Assembly: GCA_021513695.1 (NCBI GenBank) | Contig: CP084166.1 | Coordinates: 1,664,001 to 1,728,000, forward strand | Source: Candidatus Heimdallarchaeum aukensis | Lineage (GTDB): Archaea > Asgardarchaeota > Heimdallarchaeia > Heimdallarchaeales > Heimdallarchaeaceae | Direction of reading: 5' to 3' | DNA: 64,000 bases | In this document: positions 47,201 to 55,469 of the stretch, in pieces | Position numbering within the stretch: the first letter of the stretch is position 1 | How the letters are laid out: each line of letters begins with the position of its first letter | The notes under the pieces: generated by a model | Seen by the model: the letters and a program-made list of their open reading frames with translations, nothing else | The model's database searches: none | Told to the model about the DNA's origin: nothing | Made by a program: the position numbers and the translations under genes

Positions 47201-47407
47201 AATAGAACGAGTTAATACGTGACCCATATGAGGTTGACCATTTGCTGTTGGAGGGCCTTCTAACCATCTGAACAGTTCTTTTCCTTTATTTTTCTCTCTT
47301 GATTTTTCAAATACTTTCTTTTCTTTCCAGAATTTTAGTACATTTTCTTCTTCTTTTGCAAACTCTTGTGTCGTTTTCACAGGTTCAAAAACGTTACCAC
47401 TACTCAT
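44249..47407 (-). CDS. ileS: isoleucyl-tRNA synthetase (archaeal type)
   Basis: HIGH-type motif PPTANGQPHMGH, KMSKS-type motif KLSKRLGN, the CP1 editing domain and C-terminal zinc-binding cysteines are present. 1052 aa. Confidence 0.9.
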   Translation of the reverse strand: MSSGNVFEPVKTTQEFAKEEENVLKFWKEKKVFEKSREKNKGKELFRWLEGPPTANGQPHMGHVLTRSIKDVFLRYKTMKGYDVQPRIAGWDTHGLPVEREVEKALGIKDKNEIEKYGIKEFNQECKESVFKYEKAWRDMTNRIGFWLDMDHPYITLDENYIESVWWSLKEIWKKGLIYLGHKVVPYCTRCGTPLSTHEAGQGMKETTDPAIFVKFKAKDFEDTYFLAWTTTPWTLISNVCLTAHPEIDYVWIEYNGEKLILAEERAKVLLKEEYKVLKKFKGKELEKKKYEQLFPYIKPKKKAFYVTLADYVTTTEGTGIVHSAPAFGEDDAETGRKYKLPVLNPVLEDGTFDERITDFKGLHVKKADPKIIEQLRERGLLWKKEKYKHTYPFCPRCDSPLLYYSTPTWYIEMTKMKEKLIENNEKIFWKPEYLKHGRFGNFIENVRDWALSRNRYWGTPLPIWICKNGHRTFVGSKAELRELYGKEFAKDFNLHRPWVDEIKFKCPECEEEAERVPYVIDCWYDSGAAPFAQFHYPFEKSNDMFKKYFPFDFITEAIDQTRGWFYSLLAISTLLFDTSAYKSVLTMGLILDETGRKLSKRLGNYIAPEEIINVHGADAIRWYLYSSPTWSDARFSDRLVQESLRKFILTLWNSYSFFVSNANVDNFSPSKFNVSFSERPELDRWLLSELEYLVDKVTKAMDDLSVHLAVKAFESFVDNFSNWYLRQSRRRFWKEELDKDKKSAYSTTYEVLVTLIKLLAPFIPFLTERMYQNLVLNVDSSAPESVHLCDFPAFKKEYVNEQLSSEMDIVLKIVTAGRSLRSSANIKMRQPLSELIVVTPHEKDPILTKYEKVILEELNVKQLTVKTGSEELISYTLKPNFKVLAKKVKGAISKIKQYLEALDSSVARGYVEKFSSGENVTITVDGVDYVLTPDDIIYQIKVSEGFEGQEVGSYQILLNTELTDELRREGYVRDVVRRIQTMRKDMNLEYTQKIKLTITTDGFGKESITQFKDYIMEETLATELTFGTAKSEFVKDWEFDNHKITIGIDKV

Positions 47408-47764
47408 TCATTTTTCCTCTCCTAAAAAATTATTAGTAAATCTTCGATGGACTGCGCTAAGAGTACGTGTAAAAAATGTTTCCTTAGTGAATTTCGCGAT
47501 CCATCCTTTTTTTTACCTCAACAGTCTATTTTTATCCTTTATTTTAAATCTTTCTTTTCTTCTTACCTTATATTTTACTTTGAAGTCAATTTTTCTCACT
47601 TTTCTAGAATTCTCACTTTTCCCTTATTTAGGAATTTATTCTATGCTTTTATCCTTACACATCAATTTTTTCAAACAAGCATTGTAAAATAATGAAAAAG
47701 TAAAAATTATTGGATCTTAGTTTTTCAAAAGTATAAGAATATAAAAAGCACTTTCATCCTTTTT

Positions 47765-47977
47765 TTAACGTATAAAAATACTTAATATTGTCGTAATTAT
47801 CAACACTGTTACCCCAGCAACCACTAACCAAAACACTATATCAAACAGATAAATCATTTTTGGAACTTTTACTTTTTCCCATTTCCTTACTACAGTTTTG
47901 TTTAAATTCTTTTCTGAGCTCATTTTTCCACCTTTCTCCTTATTATCTATACCTTTCCTATTCCACTTTTCTCCCAT
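47765..47977 (-). CDS. small single-pass membrane protein
   Basis: K-rich N-terminus then one TM helix (IYLFDIVFWLVVAGVTVLIITTILSIF). Overlaps the 5' end of the next ORF unless it starts at the internal Met. Confidence 0.25.
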   Translation of the reverse strand: MGEKWNRKGIDNKEKGGKMSSEKNLNKTVVRKWEKVKVPKMIYLFDIVFWLVVAGVTVLIITTILSIFIR

Positions 47978-48465
47978 TTCTGAAATTGTTCAAGTAAGTT
48001 TTCTATTTCCCCGGATACACCTTTTTTGTCTACGAAAACAGTTTTTCCTTTAATTCGTATATTGTCTGTTGGTAAATCTAGCAAAAACTTCTGCAATGCT
48101 AGTTCATCAGTAAATCCTAACAGTTCAGCCATTGTCTCTATTTCTATTTCTTCATATTTCATTAATATTTGTTCAAATTTTGCTTTTCTTTCTTCCTCTG
48201 TTAATTCCTTAATTATTTTTTCTCCTTTCTTCTTTATTTTGACAAATCTGTCTTCTTTTAGCTCGCCCTCTATTTTTCTTTTTTCTATTAGTGATTGAAT
48301 TATAGCTCTTACTTCATCTTCTTCTATACCTGTGATTTCAGTTATTTTATTTACTTCTCTAACCATTTCAAGTTGAGTTAAAATTGTTTGTTCTTTTATT
48401 TGTCTCTGTATTTTTGGAATTTTCTTTTTTATATAATATCTTGAAAATGGACCTATGATTTTCAT
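47947..48465 (-). CDS. small protein with two predicted winged-helix modules
   Basis: Segments TQLEMVREVNKITEITGIEEDEVRAIIQSLIEKRKIEG and ETMAELLGFTDELALQKFLLDLPTDNIRIKGKTVFV each look like wHTH units. The linker is charged and helical. Confidence 0.35.
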   Translation of the reverse strand: MKIIGPFSRYYIKKKIPKIQRQIKEQTILTQLEMVREVNKITEITGIEEDEVRAIIQSLIEKRKIEGELKEDRFVKIKKKGEKIIKELTEEERKAKFEQILMKYEEIEIETMAELLGFTDELALQKFLLDLPTDNIRIKGKTVFVDKKGVSGEIENLLEQFQKWEKSGIGKV

Positions 48466-48599
48466 TTTATTCTTTTAATACTTGGTTGCTTTGACTATTT
48501 AATTTTTCTTAGAATTTTCTAATATTATTATAACAACAAGAGTAATGTTAAAAAGCTCCTTTCCTTTTTTTTATATGACTACATTATATGTAGTCGTTC

Positions 48600-48664
48600 G
48601 TGGCGATGACTTAACCGTCCCAGTCTGACTATTCAAATGATGACCCTACGACACAATGAGCCAC
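48600..48664 (+). ncRNA. candidate C/D box sRNA (2'-O-methylation guide)
   Basis: Terminal stem GTGGC/GCCAC. C-like box GCGATGA (48603..48609), D' CTGA (48625..48628), C' TGATGA (48638..48643). Exactly 12 nt later comes a degenerate D box ATGA (48656..48659) before the closing stem. A perfect 8-bp hairpin (48577..48595) lies just upstream. Confidence 0.3.
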
Positions 48665-48789
48665 ATTAATTAGTTCTTTTCGCTTTTTGCAGCAGTTTAC
48701 ATTTCTTTTTTCGTAATTGTAACTTGTTAATTGAACATTCTCTTTTAAAAAAGCAATATTTAATTAATTATTCAGTATTTTTTTCTTTA

Positions 48790-50370
48790 ATGAGTAACTC
48801 TTCTACTTTTCAAATTGTTATCCCTCAATCAGGACATCATGAACCAATTACTGTAATTAAGGAAATAAATAGATTAATTTTCACTGGAGATGCCTCAGGT
48901 AAAATTTGTATTTGGAATACATCTTTTGATTCTGAATTAGGTTTTATTAAAGCTCATTCCTCTTCTATTACTGATATTGAATGGTTCCCTTTTTCACCTT
49001 CTATTATCACATCATCACAGGGTTTAGATATTCGCTTATGGTCATGGGATAACTTTTCATTACTGCAATCGCAACAAGTTCATGGGTCCGTTGTTATTAA
49101 CATTGACTTTCTTGGTGACTATATTATCACAGGAGGACGTGACAGATTACTAAAGAAATGGTCTTTTTCTGAGGGAAAATTTCATCTTGTAAAACAGGTT
49201 AAAATTCCTTATTTAGAAGAGTTTTTTGTTTTTGACGATAAAATTCTTATTTCTTGTTCTGACGGATCAATTTCTATTTACGATTCAGATTTTAACCCCT
49301 TATCTTATTTAACCTTGAAAAGAAATAAACTTGTATCTGCAATTAGGAAATCAGGAAAATACCTTTCTACATACAAGAAAGACCCTTATACTGTTATTGG
49401 ACATTTGGAGGGTGTTCGAGGTCTTTCTGTTACTTGTTTCACTTTTGATGAAAAATTTCTTTATTTAGGACACTTCTATGGCATCATTACAGTATGGAAA
49501 AAGAAGGATTTCAAGCTTTCACATATTTTTGTTTCTCACGACAAAAATATTACGTCTATTCATATATTTAAAGGAAAAGTTGTAACAATTGCTCTTGATT
49601 CTAAGGTTGCAGTTTTTGATATAGCCAAAGAAAAACATCATTCCTATGAATTGCCTTATCGTCCTCTATGTTTAATTCAATTAAAAAATGAAAATTTTGT
49701 TATTGGGTTTGATAATGGTTTAATTGGAGTTTATGATAGTAATTTTAATGAAATCAAAAAAAGAGTTCCTGTTCAAAATATTAATTGTTGTTCAATTTCT
49801 CCTGAATTTATTTTAATAGGTACTAATAATGGGTATGTTAAACGATACACTATTCCAAATCTTGAAGAAATAGCACACTTCCATATTAATTCATCAATTC
49901 TAGGAATTTTCTACTATGATAGTATGATAGCTATTATTGATAGTGATAGTAATCTTAGAATATATGAAGCAAATTTAGCTTTTTCAGAGATTAAGCAATT
50001 ATTAATTCCTTTGAGAAAAGAAGAACTAACACTACAAGGATATAATAGATACATTGTTTTGTCTCCCAATTTGATCTTTGATTTTGAAAAGATGGAAATT
50101 ATGAAGGGAGAAGTCTCCTCTTCAACGAAAAAGAAATATTCAGAGTCAATAGTATACTCTTTTTCTTTTGAAACAGGAAATATTATTCTTAACATTGATG
50201 AAAATAAATTAAACATGTTTCTTGAAAAAGGAGACTACTCTGTCTATCCTGAAGGCATTTTGAGAAGTTTGAAAAAACTGATTCACAATGTTTCCTCACC
50301 TTTAAGACAGATTGGTGAATCTACTTGGATTAACATTGACATTCTTGAACAAGCAAGAAAACTCAGATGA
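48790..50370 (+). CDS. WD40-repeat (beta-propeller) protein
   Basis: Multiple WD-like repeats (GKICIWNT, DIRLWSWDN, LLKKWSF, ITVWKKKD) are spaced about 40-45 aa apart. The track starts at TTG 48724; ATG is at 48790. Confidence 0.55.
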   Translation: MSNSSTFQIVIPQSGHHEPITVIKEINRLIFTGDASGKICIWNTSFDSELGFIKAHSSSITDIEWFPFSPSIITSSQGLDIRLWSWDNFSLLQSQQVHGSVVINIDFLGDYIITGGRDRLLKKWSFSEGKFHLVKQVKIPYLEEFFVFDDKILISCSDGSISIYDSDFNPLSYLTLKRNKLVSAIRKSGKYLSTYKKDPYTVIGHLEGVRGLSVTCFTFDEKFLYLGHFYGIITVWKKKDFKLSHIFVSHDKNITSIHIFKGKVVTIALDSKVAVFDIAKEKHHSYELPYRPLCLIQLKNENFVIGFDNGLIGVYDSNFNEIKKRVPVQNINCCSISPEFILIGTNNGYVKRYTIPNLEEIAHFHINSSILGIFYYDSMIAIIDSDSNLRIYEANLAFSEIKQLLIPLRKEELTLQGYNRYIVLSPNLIFDFEKMEIMKGEVSSSTKKKYSESIVYSFSFETGNIILNIDENKLNMFLEKGDYSVYPEGILRSLKKLIHNVSSPLRQIGESTWINIDILEQARKLR

Positions 50371-50415
50371 CTGCATCTTCGATTTCTTTAATAATCTAAA
50401 CTATAACTCTTTGAT

Positions 50416-50997
50416 ATGCATAACATATTATTTATTACCCACAATAAACATAAATTCGAAGAAGCGTATGAAAAGGCTAAATTATTTAATATTAACTTGC
50501 AGTGGATTAACGTAGAGTACGAAGAAATTCAAGATGATAGTCTTGAAGAGATTGCTCGTTCAAGTTGTTTAAAAATCCTAGAACTTAGACCAGACTTAAA
50601 GGACAAATCTTTCTTCATTGAAGATGCTGGTTTGTTTATTGATTATCTGAAAGGTTTCCCTGGTCCTTATTCTTCATATGTATTCCGTACAATAGGTAAT
50701 CATGGCATTCTAAAATTGCTTTATGATGTTCCAGATAATAAACGTTCTGCTTTTTTTAAGTCAGTGATAGCTTATTACAACGCTGGACAAATTGAACTGT
50801 TCTCAGGGATAGCTCAAGGCAAAATAATCAAAGAATTAAGAGGAACACAGGGATTTGGTTTTGATCCTATTTTTATGCCAGTAGGGAGTAACAAAACTTT
50901 CGCTCAAATGAATAAAGAATCAAAGAATTTAAAAGGACACAGAGGAAAAAGTCTTCAAGAACTCTTCACGTCCCTATCAAACCGCCTTCGTCTCTAA
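50416..50997 (+). CDS. non-canonical purine NTP pyrophosphatase (Ham1/RdgB/ITPase)
   Basis: ITHNKHKFEE, FFIEDAGLFI and GFGFDPIF motifs are characteristic of the Ham1 family. Confidence 0.8.
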   Translation: MHNILFITHNKHKFEEAYEKAKLFNINLQWINVEYEEIQDDSLEEIARSSCLKILELRPDLKDKSFFIEDAGLFIDYLKGFPGPYSSYVFRTIGNHGILKLLYDVPDNKRSAFFKSVIAYYNAGQIELFSGIAQGKIIKELRGTQGFGFDPIFMPVGSNKTFAQMNKESKNLKGHRGKSLQELFTSLSNRLRL

Positions 50998-51014
50998 AAG
51001 ATAGGTGATAAATT

Positions 51015-51467
51015 ATGGCAAGAATGCATGCAAGAACAAAAGGAAAAGCTGGATCTACAAGACCTTATCGTAATGAAGCTCCAGATTGGTTGGAATATGA
51101 TAAAGAATTTATCTTAAAGAAGATAGAAGAACTTAGAAGGCAAGGTTTACCATCTGCAATGATTGGTGTAATATTGAGAGATCAATATGGAGTTCCTTCA
51201 GTTAAAGAAGTGTTAGGAAAAAAACTCGTTAAAATCTTAGAAGAAAAAGATTTGAAACCAAAGTATCCTGAAGATTTAACCGCACTAGTACGTAAAGCTG
51301 TTAACATCCGAAGGCATTTGGAAGAAAATCCAAAGGACTTACATAATCGTAGAGGACTTATGTTAGTCGAATCTAAGATTAGACGATTAGTTAAATACTA
51401 CAAGAGAAAAGGTGTATTTCCACCAAACTTCAAATATCAGCCAGATAAAGCTGGGTTATTGCTTTAG
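51015..51467 (+). CDS. rps15: 30S ribosomal protein S15 (uS15, S13e-type)
   Basis: [18 protein letters not shown] and the C-terminal [31 protein letters not shown] match the archaeal S15 signature. Confidence 0.85.
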   Translation: MARMHARTKGKAGSTRPYRNEAPDWLEYDKEFILKKIEELRRQGLPSAMIGVILRDQYGVPSVKEVLGKKLVKILEEKDLKPKYPEDLTALVRKAVNIRRHLEENPKDLHNRRGLMLVESKIRRLVKYYKRKGVFPPNFKYQPDKAGLLL

Positions 51468-51521
51468 GAACCAATTTTTCCTTTCGATAGTCTTTTATTT
51501 TTCTTTTTTTATGTTCAATAA

Positions 51522-52976
51522 GTGGAAAAGATGAGTGAAGAGGTCACTGAAGAGATTTATACAAACTTAAAAAATATGGCAAAAGAATTTTCATCTCTAA
51601 TCCAAAATACTCTTGGAACACATTTAATTTTAACAAATCCTACAATTGATGGGTTGTGTTCGTCATCAATTATATTTGACTTGTTATCAGATAAAAAAAG
51701 CGGAGTGCAAGTTTCTTTTAAAAAAACAACACGAAATTTACAGAAACTAAAAGAAAAAAAATTTGATAATATTTGGCTTATAAATTTTAAACTAACAAAA
51801 GAAGATATTGAGGTATTGAAAGAGAGCAATAAAACAATTTTTATTATAAATTATAGGATGAATAAAGAAGTTTTTTCAATGTTCAATAAGAATGAAATGA
51901 TGCATGTCTTATCTTCAGTGTCTCTAAATTTAAATGAAAGATTCCTTACTTCATCAGGGTTATTATATTTTGTAGCAAAAGCATATAAAGAGGACTATTA
52001 TAAATATGGAATTCAAGCTCTTTTAGGTGCTCTAGCTGAAGGGCAGATAGAAACATCAAATCAAGAGTTTATGGGTTTTAACAGATTTATTCTTAATGAA
52101 TTAATAGATGCAAATATTCTTTCTCTTGTTCATGGTACTAGAATAAGGGGTAGAGAAACAAAACCTATTCATTTAGCTCTTATGCACTCAATTGACCCAT
52201 ACTTTCCAGGTTTAACTGGAAATGAGGAAGCTTGTACTGCTTTCATTTCTAGAATTGGAATAACAATGAAAGATCAAAATAATGAATGGAGAAAAATAAG
52301 TGATCTCACAAAAAAAGAGATGCAAACATTAAATGATGCTTTAATTTCACTAATTGTTAGCGAAGGTAAAAATGTTAATGACATAAGTAAACTTATTGGA
52401 CCTATTTATGTTTTGAAAAATGAACAAAAAGAGACCTATACTAGAAACTTAGATGAGTTTTTACTCTTAATTGAGGGCGCTGTAAACCTTGAACTTTATG
52501 GTCTTGCTTTCGCTGTGCTATTAGGAAATAGAACATACCAATACAATCAAATTGTATATGAAATAGATAATTATTATGGAGAATCGAGCCAAATCATCGG
52601 TGAGATAGAGAATAATCAGATTACGTTAGAAGATAGAAAATATTTCACAGTAATCAAGGGGTTATCATCTCCAAACAACTATAATGTGTTGAAAAAACTT
52701 TGTCAAAGTGGAAAATTTGACCTTGATAAACCAATATTTTTCCTGTTTAAAAAACGAAAATACAGCGAAATCTTTGTTTACGAATCGTCTGTCCAAAAAA
52801 TCAAAGGATATCTAATATATCCTATCTTTGCAAAGTTAAAAGAAGAGAAAATTATAGAAGAAATTTCCGATAAAGATGACTTTTTTACCATAAAAATACT
52901 AAACGATTCCTTAGATAAAGCTTATTCTGAAATTGAGAATAAAATGGATTATCACTATCACGGAGAAAAGCAATGA
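51522..52976 (+). CDS. RecJ/Cdc45-like DHH-fold protein, probably catalytically inactive
   Basis: It sits directly downstream of rps15, the conserved position of the archaeal RecJ/GAN/Cdc45 homolog. The N-terminal block HLILTNPTIDGLCSSSIIFDLL aligns to DHH motif I (hhhhxhDxDGhxSxAIhxxxL), but the DxD aspartates are replaced by N-P-T. No intact DHH or GGGH motif is visible. Confidence 0.35.
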   Translation: MEKMSEEVTEEIYTNLKNMAKEFSSLIQNTLGTHLILTNPTIDGLCSSSIIFDLLSDKKSGVQVSFKKTTRNLQKLKEKKFDNIWLINFKLTKEDIEVLKESNKTIFIINYRMNKEVFSMFNKNEMMHVLSSVSLNLNERFLTSSGLLYFVAKAYKEDYYKYGIQALLGALAEGQIETSNQEFMGFNRFILNELIDANILSLVHGTRIRGRETKPIHLALMHSIDPYFPGLTGNEEACTAFISRIGITMKDQNNEWRKISDLTKKEMQTLNDALISLIVSEGKNVNDISKLIGPIYVLKNEQKETYTRNLDEFLLLIEGAVNLELYGLAFAVLLGNRTYQYNQIVYEIDNYYGESSQIIGEIENNQITLEDRKYFTVIKGLSSPNNYNVLKKLCQSGKFDLDKPIFFLFKKRKYSEIFVYESSVQKIKGYLIYPIFAKLKEEKIIEEISDKDDFFTIKILNDSLDKAYSEIENKMDYHYHGEKQ

Positions 52977-53025
52977 TGCCATTGACACTAAATATAAACT
53001 GATTATCCAATGGAGGATATTATAT

Positions 53026-53292
53026 ATGAAAAAAGTAAATAAAACAAAAACAAAGATCACCATAATTTGTAAAGATTCTCAAACTGCAAAAATAATAAAA
53101 GAGTGTTTAGAACCAGAAAACGATATTTTAGGCAATCGAACTCAAATTACATCGATTCTGAGAGAGAATAATTTAGAGATAACTATTAATTCTACAGCTT
53201 CAATTTCGTCCTTAAGAAATACTATAGATGATATTTTTCATACTATAAGATTAACAGAGAGTGTTTTATTAAAGACAGAACGAGAGGCATAA
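53026..53292 (+). CDS. hypothetical small protein
   Basis: About 88 aa starting MKKVNKTK, located between the RecJ-like gene and rps3ae. No motif recognised. Confidence 0.3.
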   Translation: MKKVNKTKTKITIICKDSQTAKIIKECLEPENDILGNRTQITSILRENNLEITINSTASISSLRNTIDDIFHTIRLTESVLLKTEREA

Positions 53293-53391
53293 AAGATTTG
53301 TAAGCATTCACAAGCTTTAAAATACCTTGCTCTGAATTGAAAATGTTCAGAAAATAGTGAGGAAAATCTGAAGTAATAGGAAGGTACAGCG

Positions 53392-54027
53392 ATGTCATCA
53401 AGTAGTAGACGTAAAAGAGCACAAAGAAAAGTCGTTGATAAGTTTAAATTAAAATCTTGGTATCAAGTACAAGCAGCGCCATATATCACAGATCAGGTTT
53501 TAGGAGAAACCATAGCAGATGATCCACAAAAACTATATGGCCGAGTCATTGAAATGGCTAAATTGGGGATACTAGATGATATTATTGCAGATTTAAATTT
53601 AAAGGTTAGATTCAAAATTGTTAATGTCGAAGGTACAGTCTGTAGGACAGAATTTGTTGGACACGAAATCTCTAAAGAACAAATTCGTTCTCTTATCAGG
53701 AGAAATCGTAGTAGAGTAGAAAGCATACAAAATGTTACTACAAAAGACAAAGCTAAACTCAGGATTAGTACCATTATTGTTACTCCAATGAGATGTGGAA
53801 CAAGCACACAAAAAGTAATAAGAAAAGCAATACAAGAGTATATTGATAAGAAAGCTAAAGAAGAAACTTTTCAAACATTTGCTTTAAACTTAGTAAATAG
53901 AAGCATAGCTTCAGAAGTTGAAGCAATTGTAAATAAGATTTATCCAACTATTCTTGTAGAAATTAGAAAAAGCAAGGTATTAGCTTTTCCAGGTGGAAAA
54001 ACATTAGATAAGATTATTTCCGCCTAG
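53392..54027 (+). CDS. rps3ae: 30S ribosomal protein S3Ae (eS1)
   Basis: KVVDKFKLKSWYQVQAPYI matches the S3Ae N-terminal signature. 211 aa. Confidence 0.85.
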   Translation: MSSSSRRKRAQRKVVDKFKLKSWYQVQAAPYITDQVLGETIADDPQKLYGRVIEMAKLGILDDIIADLNLKVRFKIVNVEGTVCRTEFVGHEISKEQIRSLIRRNRSRVESIQNVTTKDKAKLRISTIIVTPMRCGTSTQKVIRKAIQEYIDKKAKEETFQTFALNLVNRSIASEVEAIVNKIYPTILVEIRKSKVLAFPGGKTLDKIISA

Positions 54028-54170
54028 TTTTATATTTATTTATTATTTTGTTTCTTTTTCATTAAGTTAATTTTTATTCAACTGACTTTTCTAAATAAAT
54101 CAGTAATGTCAACTTTTAAAAATAAACTTGTATCATCTGACAATAGTAAAGGAAAAGGTGAATACTAACT

Positions 54171-54566
54171 TTGTCCCAAGCACTAGAATTCAAATTAAAT
54201 ATTGGAGATAAAAAGGGTAAAGCTTATGTTAAAATTGTCAAAGAAGAACAGGCTAATGCATTAATTGGTTATAAAATCGGACAAACAGTTCAAGGAAGCC
54301 TTATTGGATTAGAGGACTGGACTTTTATTATAACTGGTGGAAGTGATAGATCAGGGTTCCCCATGAGAAAAAGTGTAGATGGTCCTGGAAGAAAAAAACA
54401 TCTTCTACGTGGTGGTGTAGGATATCACCCTCCTCGTAAAGGAAGAAGAGCTCGAAAGAGTGTTCGAGGAAATACAATTTCAGAAGCAATTTACCAAATT
54501 AACCTTAAGGTGGAAAAAGAAGGGAAAAAGCCTTTAGAAGAGCTTATAGGTGAAACCTCTTCATAA
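54171..54566 (+). CDS. rps6e: 30S ribosomal protein S6e
   Basis: FKLNIGDKKGKAYVKIV, GGSDRSGFPMRKSVDGPGRKK and LLRGGVGYHPPRKGRRARKSVRGNTIS match S6e. TTG start. Confidence 0.8.
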   Translation: MSQALEFKLNIGDKKGKAYVKIVKEEQANALIGYKIGQTVQGSLIGLEDWTFIITGGSDRSGFPMRKSVDGPGRKKHLLRGGVGYHPPRKGRRARKSVRGNTISEAIYQINLKVEKEGKKPLEELIGETSS

Positions 54567-54645
54567 TTTTTACCGAAACACTATTTTAATTACAATTTTT
54601 TAGTTCTGAAAAAACTTATATTTTTACAAAAATTTGAGCTAAATA

Positions 54646-55128
54646 ATGAAAAAAAGAGATTCTTGGAATGAATATTTCTTAAAAATCGCTGACTTAGTAT
54701 CAACGAGATCTACGTCTCCTCATAGAAGGGTAGGTGCAGTACTAGTTAAAGACACACGGATTATCGCCACAGGTTATAACGGTACCCCAAGGGGTTTTCC
54801 ACATGAAATAGACACGGGCTGCCCTCGTGAAGAATTAAAACGTCAAGGAAAAATTAAATCAGGAGAGAGATATGAACTTTGTTCAGAAGTGCATGCAGAA
54901 ATAAATGCAATTATCCAATGCGCATTATATGGAGTATCATGTGAAAATGCAACTTTATATTGCTCTACTGTTCCTTGTAAACTTTGTGCTCGTGCATTAG
55001 TGAATGCAAAAATAAAGGAAGTTTTTGTTTTAGAGGATAACATGGGGGTAGACGGTCGAGACATTCTAAAAACAGCTAATATCCCAGTATATGTTTTAGA
55101 AAAAGAAAAGTTTAAGCAACTTGTTTAA
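54646..55128 (+). CDS. dCMP deaminase (cytidine/deoxycytidylate deaminase zinc-binding family)
   Basis: Zinc ligand motifs HAEINAI and PCKLCARAL. N-terminal NEYFLKIADLVSTRST... is typical of dCMP deaminase (ComEB-like). Confidence 0.75.
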   Translation: MKKRDSWNEYFLKIADLVSTRSTSPHRRVGAVLVKDTRIIATGYNGTPRGFPHEIDTGCPREELKRQGKIKSGERYELCSEVHAEINAIIQCALYGVSCENATLYCSTVPCKLCARALVNAKIKEVFVLEDNMGVDGRDILKTANIPVYVLEKEKFKQLV

Positions 55129-55142
55129 ATGAAGTTAAACAC

Positions 55143-55469
55143 TTATTCAATTGCACTTTTTGCTTTTTTTATTGTTCCTGAAATATAAACGGGGAATATT
55201 ATTACTGGAATAGAATTAATTTCGTTAATCAAGGCCATTGTTATAAGAGTGTTTTTAAGTGATTTTTGAGTACAACGCAACAATCCTTTTCCATCTTGTT
55301 CTCTATATTCTTCAAAAAAAAGACCAGCTTCAGTTGTTTTAGTAATTCCAAACAAGAGCTGATATTTTTGCCAAAATATCCTCTTAATGTCAGATAACTT
55401 TAATACTTCTTTTGCAATGGTTTTATAAACAATGTATCTGTCACGTATATTATCAATCATTTTTCTCAC
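55143..55469 (-). CDS. hypothetical protein
   Basis: 108 aa. It overlaps the 3' end of the upstream ORF by 17 nt, so it may be co-transcribed. No motif recognised. Confidence 0.3.
   Translation of the reverse strand: MRKMIDNIRDRYIVYKTIAKEVLKLSDIKRIFWQKYQLLFGITKTTEAGLFFEEYREQDGKGLLRCTQKSLKNTLITMALINEINSIPVIIFPVYISGTIKKAKSAIE

Noticed and set aside
47447-47692. Two overlapping 66-81 aa plus-strand ORFs in the 357-bp region upstream of ileS
   Set aside because: The region is extremely AT/T-rich intergenic sequence. The predicted peptides are F/L/S low complexity. It is more likely the promoter/leader region of ileS.
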